DNA of 29,232 nt from positions 1-29,232 of IMG/VR virus record IMGVR_UViG_3300030116_000681. One strand, given 5' to 3'. A program made the position numbers and the translations under genes. How positions within the stretch are numbered: the first letter of the stretch is position 1; the number at the start of each line of letters is the position of its first letter. A model generated the notes under the pieces. It was not told where the DNA came from and searched no databases. It saw only the letters and a list, made by a program, of their open reading frames with translations. Shown here one piece after another: positions 14,976-26,008 of the stretch. Origin of the DNA: a virus. Lineage: Duplodnaviria > Caudoviricetes.

Positions 14976-16703
14976 ATGAAACCGCAAGAAATAATTGAGA
15001 GAGCATCATATCTCAAAAGAATGCATGATGATTCTTTAATAGATAGAGCAAGATACAGAGCAATTTTAAATGGTGGAGAAGATGGAATAAGACAATTACT
15101 TGGTCCTGGACTAGATAATAACGAAGCACATACAATACCAGCACCTAACTTAATGTTGTCTGCTTTAGATAGACTTGCACAGAAAATAGGTAAAACACCC
15201 TCTTTAGATGTACATATTACAAATGGTAGAGATTCTCAAAGAAACAAAGTTAAAAAAGATAAATTAGAAAGAATTATTACTGCATACGATAAGATGCAAG
15301 AACTAGAGTTACAGTTACCACAAGTAGCTAGATGGTTACCAGGTTATGGATTTGCAGTATGGGTTATTACTACAAAGCAAGATATGAATGGACAAATGTA
15401 TCCATGTGCTGAATTAAGAAACCCTTATGACTGTTTTCCTGGATATTACGGAAATAAACAAAAACCACAAGAATTAGCAATTATACAAAAAGTTCCTATA
15501 CAAAACTTAATAAAAATGTATCCGGAACTAAAAGCTTACTATGAACAAAAAGATTCAGAAGATACATCATACGATAGCTACAACCTTAGATATACAGATG
15601 ATGGTAGTTGGGAAAACTCAGATGAGAATGGTGATGTAATTCTTGAATATATGAATATAGAAGGTACATACATTGTGCATGTTGCTTCTAAAAAGATAGT
15701 AGATTTTGTACCTAACCCACTTAAGTCAGGTCCTTCTTTTGTTATTGCTAAGAGATTTAGTTTTGATAGATTACAAGGACAGTTTGACCAAGTTGTAGGA
15801 CTTATGGCATCTATGGCAAAGATAAACATTTTATCTGTTATAGCTATGGAAGATGCTGTATTTACAGAAACAAACATAATTGGTGAAATAGAATCAGGAC
15901 AATACAGAAAAGGTAGAAATTCAATAAACTATCTAACACCTGGTTCACAAATAGTAAAACCAACTACTAACTTGCCATATCAATTATTTGAGCAAGTAGG
16001 TAGATTAGAAAGACAATTAAGAGTTGTCGCTGGATATCCAGTTCAAGACGATGCTATATCACCAAATTCATTTGTAACTGGTAGAGGTCTAGAAGAGCTG
16101 GAGTCCGGTGTAGGTCAAATGGTTAACGAGTATCACACAATACTTGAATACGCATTACAGGAGGTGGATTCAAAGAGATTAGAGTTAGATGAAGTACTTT
16201 TTGGTAAAACAAGAAAACCAATATCAGGTACTTACAAAGGAGCTTCTTTCTCAGAATCATATACTCCTTCTACTGATATAGACATGAACTATGTCACAAG
16301 AAGAAAGTATGGAGCTATGGCTTCCTTTGATGCACCAAATAAGATAATCACAGGGCTGCAATTATTAAATGCAGGTATTATCGATAGAGAAACATTACAA
16401 CAAGAGATGGATGGTTTAGAAAATCTTACACAGATAAATGAAAGAATTACTAAACAAAAGACAGAAGATATTTTATATCAGATGTTGTTACAACAATCTC
16501 AACAAGGTGACAAAGCTGCAATGATGGCTGTTGTTGAAATATATAATAATCCAAAAAATATTGGAAATGTATTAGAAAAGTTCTTTAGTGCATCAGGAGA
16601 AGAACCTAGTCCTGAAGAACAAGCCTTAATGCAACAACAAGCTATGCAACAACAAGCAGGTCCACCTAATTTAGCAGCATTACTAGGAGGTCAAGTTGGC
16701 TAA
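14976..16703 (+). CDS. Portal (head-tail connector) protein
   Basis: 575 aa immediately after terL; Q-rich C-terminal tail typical of podoviral portals. Confidence 0.85.
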   Translation: MKPQEIIERASYLKRMHDDSLIDRARYRAILNGGEDGIRQLLGPGLDNNEAHTIPAPNLMLSALDRLAQKIGKTPSLDVHITNGRDSQRNKVKKDKLERIITAYDKMQELELQLPQVARWLPGYGFAVWVITTKQDMNGQMYPCAELRNPYDCFPGYYGNKQKPQELAIIQKVPIQNLIKMYPELKAYYEQKDSEDTSYDSYNLRYTDDGSWENSDENGDVILEYMNIEGTYIVHVASKKIVDFVPNPLKSGPSFVIAKRFSFDRLQGQFDQVVGLMASMAKINILSVIAMEDAVFTETNIIGEIESGQYRKGRNSINYLTPGSQIVKPTTNLPYQLFEQVGRLERQLRVVAGYPVQDDAISPNSFVTGRGLEELESGVGQMVNEYHTILEYALQEVDSKRLELDEVLFGKTRKPISGTYKGASFSESYTPSTDIDMNYVTRRKYGAMASFDAPNKIITGLQLLNAGIIDRETLQQEMDGLENLTQINERITKQKTEDILYQMLLQQSQQGDKAAMMAVVEIYNNPKNIGNVLEKFFSASGEEPSPEEQALMQQQAMQQQAGPPNLAALLGGQVG

Positions 16704-16935
16704 TCCACATGATACTAATTTTGAATTTGCAAAAATTATTGCTAATAACTACTCAGTAGAAGAACAACCTATGTGGGATGCTGCAACTGAAGATTTAAAT
16801 AATCAAGATATTGTTTTTGACGAAGAAAACATTATTGATGTAATTACATTAGCTTACATTCCTAACGTAGGAAGGCTAGATGTAGTTATTGTAAGAGACA
16901 AAAATATGGATGGAGGATTCTTTGGCTCGCTTTAA
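16696..16935 (+). CDS. Small acidic hypothetical protein
   Basis: AGGAGG SD with TTG start. Confidence 0.7.
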   Translation: MANPHDTNFEFAKIIANNYSVEEQPMWDAATEDLNNQDIVFDEENIIDVITLAYIPNVGRLDVVIVRDKNMDGGFFGSL

Positions 16936-17278
16936 ACCAACTAAAAACATAGGTAATTTTCAATCAGAAAGTTACGGAGATGGTGTTGAACTAGATAACT
17001 TACAACGTAGTGCAGATATGTATGTACAAGATACAGTAGATGCAGAACTTACAGATGCAGGAGTAGATGCACAACAAGTAAATACTGCAAGAAATGTTGT
17101 ACAGAATGTATTTAGAGGAACAGATAGATTAGGAGAATCATTAGCTGCTAATCAGTTACAGGACCAATATGGCATGGGAGTTATGGAAGCTAATATGATA
17201 CTTAGAGCAATGTATAGAGTATTGCCAAGTAAAGATATATTAGCCTTAATGGACGAAGATATAATACCAGGGGGATAA
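16922..17278 (+). CDS. Hypothetical virion-associated protein
   Basis: GGAGG at 16912-16916 favours TTG 16922 (MARFKPTK…); ATG 16910 is the alternative. Confidence 0.7.
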   Translation: MARFKPTKNIGNFQSESYGDGVELDNLQRSADMYVQDTVDAELTDAGVDAQQVNTARNVVQNVFRGTDRLGESLAANQLQDQYGMGVMEANMILRAMYRVLPSKDILALMDEDIIPGG

Positions 17279-20200
17279 ATGGCATATAGATGGACATTTG
17301 ATGCTCCTTGGGAAGATAATGACAATCAAGATTGGAAAGAAGAGTATCTAGCACAAGCTGCTCAGATGGAAGAGTTCTTCAGACAAAATCAAAACATTCC
17401 ACAGAATATGGAAAACATTTCTAAAACTTTTGGTTTCCTACCTAAAGACGTACAAGTAGCAGGTGCAATGATGGGATTGACTGCTGAAAGTCCTGAATTT
17501 ACAGCACTAGTAGATAAGTTTATGGAGAAAGAAACTTCTTGGTGGGATAGAACGAAAGCTATAACTAGAGGTGCAGTAAGAACTGCAGTAGTTGGTATGG
17601 AGTCTGCATCACAGTTTGTAAAGAAGTTTGGTACTGGTGCTATGAAATACTATGCAAAAAGAGAACTTAACCCTATGTTAGCTTTTACAGGTATTGGAAC
17701 ACTTATGCCTTTGATTGACCCTGCAGGTGTAGCAGAGATAAGGCAGTCTATAAAAGACCAAGGACCTACACTAGCAACTAGAGCTATAGAAGAACTTAGA
17801 GCTGGACGTAAAGTAAACCTAGGTGAAGGATATTTTGGTAACTCTACTGTTGCAGAAGATACAGAAATATATAAAGAACTTGTAGGTAGAGGTGCTAATC
17901 CTGATGAAGTAAAAGGTGTAATACAAGATTATTATGGCAAGCCTATATCACAATTAGAGTTTGAAAGTAGAGAAGGACAGTCAGGAACTTATAGAGGTAG
18001 AAAAGGTACTGTTAAGTTATCTCCTGGTCGTGTTACAGCAGTAGAAGTATTTGAACCAGGAACAAGAGGTTTCAATATTATGTCAGGTATTATTGATGCA
18101 GCTTACACAATATTTACAGACCCAACAACATACGTAGGTGCAGGATTTGCAAAAGCCGGAAGAGTATCTAGAACTTTTAATAAAACATATGAACTGCAAA
18201 ATGCAGGACTTATAGATAAAGCTGTAAGAAAAGTTGTACATACTCCTACTGCAGAAGCTTGGTTTAATACCAAAGTAGGTGATGATATTGCACAAATGTT
18301 TGCTGATGCTAAATCATATGATGAAATAGAAATACTTATGAAAGGTCAAGGTAAATCTGATGCTTTACTTTATAGAGAACTTAGAGATGCAACAGATAAA
18401 CAAGTCGTAAAAGATAAACTTATAGAAGCTATAAAAGACCCATTAGCAGGTATTAACGATAGATTTGATGCAAACAGTTTATTGTTCAAAGGTTCTTTAT
18501 CAAGATTAGGTGCAGGTCTTAGATATGGAGATGCACAAAAAGCAGTAGGTATGAAAACTGCTATGAAACTAAAAGGTCAGACAGGTATCTTTAACAGATT
18601 GTTTGATGAGTTTCCAGCACCTAACTTAAATACAGATGATTTAAATCAAACATTCTTTGAACTAAAAGACTGGATGAAGTTTTCTAAAGTAGATGATGAT
18701 GTTGCAAACAAAGCATTAGATAGAATTGCAGATGCAATTACTGATGATAACTTAAAAACATTAGAAGGTTTACCTGCATCATTACAAAAATTAAATATGG
18801 TACTTGATATATATTCAGGTGAAGGTGGTGTACTTAGACACATTATGGATAAATACAATGCATTAGGTATACCTGATGAAGTTGTAAATCAAGTAGGTAA
18901 GTTTGTTGCATCAGTTGATGAAGCACGTAAATACTTTTATACAAAGTATGGAGAAGAAGCTTGGTCAGGACAAAAGATAGATATTGAAGATGCATTAGGT
19001 AATGACCTAAACAAAATAGAGTTTGATATGAAAGAGTCTATAGGTGCATTAAACAGAATAGTTAATGAAGTAAATATAAATATTAAAGGTGTAAAAAATA
19101 ATCAACAACTACAACAGTTGTTTGTAGATACAGTTGAAGGTGTTGGACGAGTACCTGCAGATGTAGCAGATGCTGATGTCATACCTACAAAAATTATATC
19201 AGGTGGTAATGTCGGTGTTGATTTAGAAGCTTTACGTGTAGCTAAAGAACTTAACATAGAAACAGGTGGTAAAGGTACTCCTGGTCTTACAGTTTCATCA
19301 CAAGGTGCAAAGACAGGTAGATATGATGATTTAGCTCCTGAACTCACAGAACTAGGTGTAGAAGATGCAAGACAGTTTGAAATAGATGAACTTAAAGGAA
19401 CTATACAATCTTTAGAAAATACACAGTTAGCAAGACAAGGTACTAGAAAAGTTGCTAGGCAAGTATTACCACAACTTGATGACCAATTAGTTAGAAATGA
19501 AAGAACTCGTCAAGGTTTATCAAAAGGTTTAAAAAACTCTCAGTTATCTCCTGCTGCTTCTGAAGAAGATATATTAGCAGCAATTAAAAAAGGTTTAGTA
19601 GCTAGAGATTTACTTGAAGAATTAAATGTAAAACTTGCAGGTAAATTAACTAGAGGAGTTACACAAGCAGGTAAAAGAATAAAAGAAACATCTGTACAAG
19701 TTCCTAGTAAAGATAGAGATATACTTAGAGACATAGCACAGTATGAAGCTGAATCTAGAATACTTAGATTTGTAAGAGGATTACAAGAAACAAAGGTAGA
19801 CCCTAACGACCCACTTAAAGTAATACAGCAATTAGATTATGAAGATTTTGATTTGATAGGTTATCAAAAAGAATTAAAAGCTATGGCTAAAGAATCTAAT
19901 CAGATATCCGCAAAGATTAGCAAAATAAAAGCAGACATAGAAACTAGGAAAAAAGATTTAAATGATGATTCATTAGTTAGAAAAGTTAGGAAACTACAAA
20001 AAGAAGTTGATGAATTAGAAAGACCTGACTTTGGGGATGTTATGCCTCAAGGTAAATACTTTGCTAGAAGAAGTATTAGAAATGTAGATGAATCAAATGC
20101 AACAGTTATTATATATAACTCAGCTACTAATCCAGCAGGTAAAGGAACTAGAGGAACTTATAACTATGCAACTAGAGGTAATTGGAATACAAAAGCAAAA

Positions 20201-23200
20201 ATAAAACCAGGTATATTTAAGAAAGGTAATAAGCCTGTAATTGTAATAGATACAGCAGAAGAAGTATCTCAACAATTTATACAAGATGCACAAAAGTTAC
20301 TTAGAAAATATAAAACAGTAAACGTTGCTGGTCCTAGAACATATACAGATACAGATGGACTAAAAGTATTACTTAGGTCATTGTTCATAAAATCTAAACC
20401 AGGATATATCGATAAAGATGGATTTAAAGTATTAACAGACGAAAAGATATCTCCAAACCAAATCTTACAATTCTTTGAAGACAAAGGTGTAGATGCAGAA
20501 ACTATGGATGATGTAATAAATGTTTTGATGAAGGAAGCAAACTTTAATGAAGTAGCTAGTGTTACAGGCAGACCTACAGCACATCTCATATCAGAGTATC
20601 TTGCTAGTGGTAACATACCACTTCCTGATGCAAGATTATTCTTAAGAGTATTTAGTCCTGCTAGAGAGTTTTGGATGAGACTAGCAGGTAGAGGACAACT
20701 TATACAAGCTAAATCTACTGTCAAACTAGAAAACAAATATGAAGTACAAGTTAATGAGTTTGAAAAGATGTTATCTAAACCTGTAAAAACTTTGTATGAA
20801 TTACAAATGAAAGATGACAGAACTGCTATGGAAACAGCAAGACTTATGACAAAGTCTGCTAGAAGAAGTTTTAGATTAAGTAAAGATGAACAATCTGTAA
20901 AAGAACTAGCACAAGGTTGGGCTGGTATGTTAGGTGACTACTACATGAACAAAGCTTGGAAACCATTCATACTTCTTAGAGGTGCATGGACTACACGTGT
21001 TGTTGGTGAAGAACAGATACGTATGTGGGCTGCAGATTTAGATAATGTATTTACACATCCTATTTCTGCATTTGCTTGGATTATGGGTAAGCCAAGAAAG
21101 AAAGTATTAGACAGAATTGGTAAAGGTGAATTAGATGTTGATGAAGTTATAAAGAGAGCTAAGGGTGCTATTGATATTAGAGACAAACAATTACTTGCAG
21201 ATTCATTAGAACATCAAGCTGCTATGTCAAAGTCTCACGGTGGTATTTTAGATTCAGATAAACTTAAAAGAACATTCTCATTTAAAAGAGTTAAAAAAGG
21301 TGAAGATAGATATTATGCTTCAGCTACCTCAGAAATTATGCAACTAGCTGATGACCCTATAGCAGCAGAACTAGCAATGATAAAAGGTGGATTAAATGAC
21401 AAAGCATTTAGAGCTGGTCTAGATGATATAAAACAAAGATTTTGGGATGGTGATTTATCAGATTGGAGAACAGCACTTTCTTATGGTTCTGATGATGTAG
21501 GTAAATATCAGAAGTTTAAAATGCAAGACAGTAGAGAACTAGCAGATGCATACATTGATTCTGTACTAGCTAGAGTTCACTACAAAGCTGGTGGTTCTTA
21601 TAAAGCAACAGAGGTATTACCTGATGGAACAAGAATATTATTTGATGATGTTGCAGGAGAATATAGAACTAGAAGAAGTCCTAACTCAAGAATTGAGTTT
21701 GAATTAGATAAACTAGGTGATAGTGAAATACTAGACCATATAGCTAAAGGTAAATTACTACAACAAGTAAAAGCAGGACAATCTAAAAAACCTGTTTATT
21801 TAAATCTAAATGGTGAACAAGTTACATTTGGTAGAGATATGACTGTTGGAGACCATAATAAATATGCTGCTTGGTTAAATAAAAAAGACCCATACGAACA
21901 ATATCATGTGATGAAAAAGTCAGCTTTTGATTTAGATGGTGAAAGAATAAATTCTTATGATGCTGCTATTGAAAGATTATTTACAATAGTTATGTCAGCT
22001 CCTACAAACAGACTATCTAGGTCTCCTGCATTTAGACAATTCTACTGGAGATTTATAGAAGAGAATGCTGCATACTTTGATGATGGACTTAGAAAGAAAC
22101 TATTACAACAAGGTAAGAAAGCAAACCTTGGTAGAAGTTATGCAAACAAAATAGCTAAGACAGGTAAAGTCTCAGCAGATGAAGGTAGATTACTTACATT
22201 AGATAACATAGATGAACTTGATGATGCTGCTAAAGCATACGCACTTACAGAAACAAAAGGGTTACTTTATGACCTAAACAAACGACATGTTGTATCAGAT
22301 ATGTTAAGACTTGCGTTTCCTTTCGCAGAAGTTTATCTAGAGATTATTGGTACTTGGTCAAGATTACTAAATAAGAAAAAACTATTATCTACACGTAAGA
22401 TATCTCGTGCTGTAGAAGGTGCTAGAAAAACAAGATTAGAAGATGAAGATGAAGGCTTTTTCCATGTAGATGATATGACAGGAGAAGAAATGTTTTTCTT
22501 TCCAGGAAGTGAAGCATTATCTAATTGGATGTTCCAAGGCAACAGAGATGGTAGACAATATAGAAACCCTGTAACAGGAGAAGTTATGGATGATGCACCT
22601 GATGCAAAGCTAAGATTAAAAGGTTATGTATCATCATTGAACATGATTGCAGGTAACCCTGCTCCTGGACTAGGACCTCTTGCAGCTTTCCCTGCATCTA
22701 AAGTATTACCTAGTACAGATATGATTGACAAAGTATTCTTTCCATACGGCAGAGAAACAGGTAATCCATTAAATCCTTTAGAGTACGTACAGGCTTTGAT
22801 ACCTTCTTGGGCAAAGAAGTGGTTGTCTATAGGAAGTAGTGACCCTGAACTAAACAGAACATATCTAAACACATACAAAGATGTAATTAAGATGTTTGTT
22901 ACTACAGGTCTATATGATGACAGTACACCACAAAAACAAGCAGAGATGTTAGAAAAAGCTAAAACAACTGCAACTGTTCTTACAGGTATAAGAACTGCAG
23001 TACAGTTTGCTGCTCCAACAGGTGCTGTACTTAGATATGAAGTAGAAGTAGCACCAGGTGGTGCATTACATATTGACCCTGCTAAATATAAAGACTCAGA
23101 CCCTAAACATCATTTGTTTGGAATATCTTTAGTAGCTGATGCATATTACAGAATATTAGCTAAATATAAAGGTGACCAAGTATTAGCTACACAAGAGTTT

Positions 23201-23968
23201 GTTAATCAGTTTGGATTAGACCCTACTGCAATACTTACATCAAAGTCTAGAGAAAAACAAAAACGTTCTTATACAGATGAAGGTGTTAAGTTTGCAGAAG
23301 CAAATGAAGATATTATGAATAGATACAAAGATGTTGCATATTATCTATACCCTGATAATCCATTAGATGAATTTAACTTCCAAGCATGGTCAGATGCATT
23401 CGCTAATAGAGATAGAGTAGATTTGACAGAAGAAGAATACATTACTGCTATTAGACAAGGTCAAGGTAGATTAGCTTATGAGTATCAAAGAAGATTACTA
23501 TTTGAAAGCGGATACTACACTAACATGTCAGCAGAAGCAAAATATGATGCCTTAACGCAGATTAGGAACGGTTTAAGAGAGATATATCCTGGTTATGGGC
23601 AAACTTCCACCGTAGCTTCATCTATTGATGCACAGGCTAAAACAGAACAATTAACTAAATTATTACAATTTGAAGGCGAAAGTTTGGTAGAATTGCCTAA
23701 TGGAGATAAGGTAAAAGTAAAAGACTTACCTTCCATGCAGGGTTTAGCTTTGTATTTAGATAGAAGAAATCAAATGCTTTTACAAATACAAGCAATAGAT
23801 GGTCCTAATGCAAGTCTATCTAAAGCAGATTACTTGCCTATTAGAGAGTCATTAAGAGCTTATGCACAACAGTTGTTTAGTGACTACCCTGACTTTTATT
23901 ATGTGTATGATGGAGTATTGAGATACGAAATAGAGGAAGATTTTACGGAGATTCAGATAGATAGATAA
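17279..23968 (+). CDS. Giant (2229 aa) putative internal virion/ejection protein containing a SLOG (cpYpsA/MoCo-carrier-like) domain
   Basis: Size and position in the structural arm; KIISGGNVGVDLEAL…GGKGTPG and RSIRNVDES…GT..T..YA…KP…VNVAGPR motifs. Confidence 0.75.
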   Translation: MAYRWTFDAPWEDNDNQDWKEEYLAQAAQMEEFFRQNQNIPQNMENISKTFGFLPKDVQVAGAMMGLTAESPEFTALVDKFMEKETSWWDRTKAITRGAVRTAVVGMESASQFVKKFGTGAMKYYAKRELNPMLAFTGIGTLMPLIDPAGVAEIRQSIKDQGPTLATRAIEELRAGRKVNLGEGYFGNSTVAEDTEIYKELVGRGANPDEVKGVIQDYYGKPISQLEFESREGQSGTYRGRKGTVKLSPGRVTAVEVFEPGTRGFNIMSGIIDAAYTIFTDPTTYVGAGFAKAGRVSRTFNKTYELQNAGLIDKAVRKVVHTPTAEAWFNTKVGDDIAQMFADAKSYDEIEILMKGQGKSDALLYRELRDATDKQVVKDKLIEAIKDPLAGINDRFDANSLLFKGSLSRLGAGLRYGDAQKAVGMKTAMKLKGQTGIFNRLFDEFPAPNLNTDDLNQTFFELKDWMKFSKVDDDVANKALDRIADAITDDNLKTLEGLPASLQKLNMVLDIYSGEGGVLRHIMDKYNALGIPDEVVNQVGKFVASVDEARKYFYTKYGEEAWSGQKIDIEDALGNDLNKIEFDMKESIGALNRIVNEVNINIKGVKNNQQLQQLFVDTVEGVGRVPADVADADVIPTKIISGGNVGVDLEALRVAKELNIETGGKGTPGLTVSSQGAKTGRYDDLAPELTELGVEDARQFEIDELKGTIQSLENTQLARQGTRKVARQVLPQLDDQLVRNERTRQGLSKGLKNSQLSPAASEEDILAAIKKGLVARDLLEELNVKLAGKLTRGVTQAGKRIKETSVQVPSKDRDILRDIAQYEAESRILRFVRGLQETKVDPNDPLKVIQQLDYEDFDLIGYQKELKAMAKESNQISAKISKIKADIETRKKDLNDDSLVRKVRKLQKEVDELERPDFGDVMPQGKYFARRSIRNVDESNATVIIYNSATNPAGKGTRGTYNYATRGNWNTKAKIKPGIFKKGNKPVIVIDTAEEVSQQFIQDAQKLLRKYKTVNVAGPRTYTDTDGLKVLLRSLFIKSKPGYIDKDGFKVLTDEKISPNQILQFFEDKGVDAETMDDVINVLMKEANFNEVASVTGRPTAHLISEYLASGNIPLPDARLFLRVFSPAREFWMRLAGRGQLIQAKSTVKLENKYEVQVNEFEKMLSKPVKTLYELQMKDDRTAMETARLMTKSARRSFRLSKDEQSVKELAQGWAGMLGDYYMNKAWKPFILLRGAWTTRVVGEEQIRMWAADLDNVFTHPISAFAWIMGKPRKKVLDRIGKGELDVDEVIKRAKGAIDIRDKQLLADSLEHQAAMSKSHGGILDSDKLKRTFSFKRVKKGEDRYYASATSEIMQLADDPIAAELAMIKGGLNDKAFRAGLDDIKQRFWDGDLSDWRTALSYGSDDVGKYQKFKMQDSRELADAYIDSVLARVHYKAGGSYKATEVLPDGTRILFDDVAGEYRTRRSPNSRIEFELDKLGDSEILDHIAKGKLLQQVKAGQSKKPVYLNLNGEQVTFGRDMTVGDHNKYAAWLNKKDPYEQYHVMKKSAFDLDGERINSYDAAIERLFTIVMSAPTNRLSRSPAFRQFYWRFIEENAAYFDDGLRKKLLQQGKKANLGRSYANKIAKTGKVSADEGRLLTLDNIDELDDAAKAYALTETKGLLYDLNKRHVVSDMLRLAFPFAEVYLEIIGTWSRLLNKKKLLSTRKISRAVEGARKTRLEDEDEGFFHVDDMTGEEMFFFPGSEALSNWMFQGNRDGRQYRNPVTGEVMDDAPDAKLRLKGYVSSLNMIAGNPAPGLGPLAAFPASKVLPSTDMIDKVFFPYGRETGNPLNPLEYVQALIPSWAKKWLSIGSSDPELNRTYLNTYKDVIKMFVTTGLYDDSTPQKQAEMLEKAKTTATVLTGIRTAVQFAAPTGAVLRYEVEVAPGGALHIDPAKYKDSDPKHHLFGISLVADAYYRILAKYKGDQVLATQEFVNQFGLDPTAILTSKSREKQKRSYTDEGVKFAEANEDIMNRYKDVAYYLYPDNPLDEFNFQAWSDAFANRDRVDLTEEEYITAIRQGQGRLAYEYQRRLLFESGYYTNMSAEAKYDALTQIRNGLREIYPGYGQTSTVASSIDAQAKTEQLTKLLQFEGESLVELPNGDKVKVKDLPSMQGLALYLDRRNQMLLQIQAIDGPNASLSKADYLPIRESLRAYAQQLFSDYPDFYYVYDGVLRYEIEEDFTEIQIDR

Positions 23969-23969
23969 G

Positions 23970-25361
23970 ATGGACGAAAATAAAAAAAGTATTTGGTACA
24001 AGATAGGTAAAGCTCTAAAAGGTTCTAATATACCTTCAGACCAAGAAGTATTAATAGCAGACCCTACAGCACAACTTGGATACAACATAGGAACTATCCT
24101 TGTAGATTTTTTAAGTAAATTAAATAGTGGTGAACTAAATGAATTATTTGATGGCACTCCTGTAGTTTCAGACCCTTCTGCACAATTAGGTTATTTACTT
24201 GGTGAAGGTTTAGCTCAAGGCGTTACCATAATGAAAGCTGCATATAACGAAGTAGAAGAAACTCCTGATACTATAGATGCAGCGAATGAAGCTAGAGCTG
24301 CTGAAGTATCTAAGGCAGATGCTGTTACTAAAGGTTTTAGATATCAAAGAAGAGAAGATTTACAAAGACAAAGAGAAGGTACAAGAGAAAAAACTCCACA
24401 AGAATTACAAGATGAAGCTTATGCACAATATAAAAAAGATGGTAATTTAGATTCTTACTTAGACAGAATAGCTGAGATAGATGCTGATATAGACTTAGGT
24501 GCATTATCAATATATCAAAGAGGACAACTTGCAGATGGTTTAACTTACTATGGATTAGGTGATGACCCATTCTTAGAAAGTTATAGAGCAAGTGCAGGAG
24601 ATTCTGATATAAGACCATTGTTTAATTATGGAATAGCAGATACATTTTTAGAAAACATAGCACCTGAAAGAGTTATTGATTATCAGATAGCATTAGTCAA
24701 TTCAGGATTTTTAGCTCCAGGTAGTTACAATCCTGGTCAATATGATGAAGAAACTATAAAAGCAGTAGAAGCTGCATTTACTTATATGAATCCAAAGTCA
24801 GAGTTTGGAATAAGTCAACAAGATTTATTTGACATAGCTTCTGCTACACAGGGAAACAATAATGCTTTTCTTGGATTTGTAAGAGATTTCTTTTTAGATG
24901 GACTAGATGACATAGAATTTACAGATACAATAGCTGCATACTCTAGAGCATCTATAATACCTTTACCTTCTTCAGAATTTTTATTACAACAAATATCAAC
25001 ACAAGGTAAAAACTATTTAGGAGTTCCTTTAAATCAATTTGACTTGCAAGCTGCAGAAGCTTTTGCTAGAGGAGAAATATCTAGACTTACTAAAATACAG
25101 AATGAAGCACAACTTCAATATGAGAATCAATTAAGACAGGCAGAAGCAGATATGCTTAGAAGAGAAAAACTAGGATTGCCTTCAAAAGATTATTACATAG
25201 AAGCTCCTCCTTCAGCAGAACAAATAACACAAGCATTAGGTTATGGAGTTGATAACTACATGCAAGAAAACTTTTCAGAACTAGCAGACTCAGAACAAAA
25301 AGATGCTGCTTATAGACAAGGACTTGGAAGAATAATTAATGCATTTAGTGCAGGAAGGTAA
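23970..25361 (+). CDS. Putative virion protein with peptidoglycan-binding-like motif
   Basis: VIDYQIALVNSGFL…PGQYDEETIKAV resembles PG_binding_1; N-terminal DPxAQLGY repeat twice. Confidence 0.65.
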   Translation: MDENKKSIWYKIGKALKGSNIPSDQEVLIADPTAQLGYNIGTILVDFLSKLNSGELNELFDGTPVVSDPSAQLGYLLGEGLAQGVTIMKAAYNEVEETPDTIDAANEARAAEVSKADAVTKGFRYQRREDLQRQREGTREKTPQELQDEAYAQYKKDGNLDSYLDRIAEIDADIDLGALSIYQRGQLADGLTYYGLGDDPFLESYRASAGDSDIRPLFNYGIADTFLENIAPERVIDYQIALVNSGFLAPGSYNPGQYDEETIKAVEAAFTYMNPKSEFGISQQDLFDIASATQGNNNAFLGFVRDFFLDGLDDIEFTDTIAAYSRASIIPLPSSEFLLQQISTQGKNYLGVPLNQFDLQAAEAFARGEISRLTKIQNEAQLQYENQLRQAEADMLRREKLGLPSKDYYIEAPPSAEQITQALGYGVDNYMQENFSELADSEQKDAAYRQGLGRIINAFSAGR

Positions 25362-25363
25362 GT

Positions 25364-26008
25364 ATGGCAAAGGTTGATGTAAATACATTAGTAGAATATC
25401 TAAGAGGTTTCGGAGTAGCAGATGCTTTGATACCAGCTTTAATTATGACTGCTTCGTTCGAGTCAGGAATACAAACAGGAGTAGAAGGAACTAATCCAAA
25501 TCAAACAAAAGACTTTGGTGTATTTCAAGTCAATGTAGAAGAGTTTTATGATGGTGATGAACCTGATAAAACAATTACTACTTTCTTTGATAAAAAAGGT
25601 AGAGAGTTTACAAAAGATGAACTTAAAAAACAACTAAGAGATAATGAAAAGTTTTCTGCTGAGTTTGCTGCACATTATATAAATAGATTAGAAAACAATC
25701 CTGAAAGTTTTAATACTGGTGGAGACCCATTAGTTAAATGGACAGAGTATAGAGAAAGAGTAAAACCTTTCTTATCAGGAGAAAAGATAGAAGGTAGAAC
25801 TGCTCCTGATATACAAGATGCCATTAATTCATACTTTGATGCATATTTGTTAGTACATAATTTACAAGAAACAGAAAAGTTAAAGAAAAATTTAAAAGAT
25901 TTAAATGACCCTAAAACCGGTAACTACCAAGTATTTAACAGAGTATTTATACCAAACTTAAAAGCTGGTAACATAAAAGAACTAGACCCTTTAGCGAAAG
26001 ATAAGTAA
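25364..26008 (+). CDS. Virion-associated lytic transglycosylase/lysozyme-like protein
   Basis: FESG catalytic Glu followed by NPNQTKDFGVFQVN (SLT/lysozyme D-x-G-x-F-Q-x-N motif). Confidence 0.8.
   Translation: MAKVDVNTLVEYLRGFGVADALIPALIMTASFESGIQTGVEGTNPNQTKDFGVFQVNVEEFYDGDEPDKTITTFFDKKGREFTKDELKKQLRDNEKFSAEFAAHYINRLENNPESFNTGGDPLVKWTEYRERVKPFLSGEKIEGRTAPDIQDAINSYFDAYLLVHNLQETEKLKKNLKDLNDPKTGNYQVFNRVFIPNLKAGNIKELDPLAKDK

Noticed and set aside
19366-20050. Intein as the SLOG insert
   Set aside because: No C/S…HN-C/S/T splice motifs or LAGLIDADG seen; looks coiled-coil.
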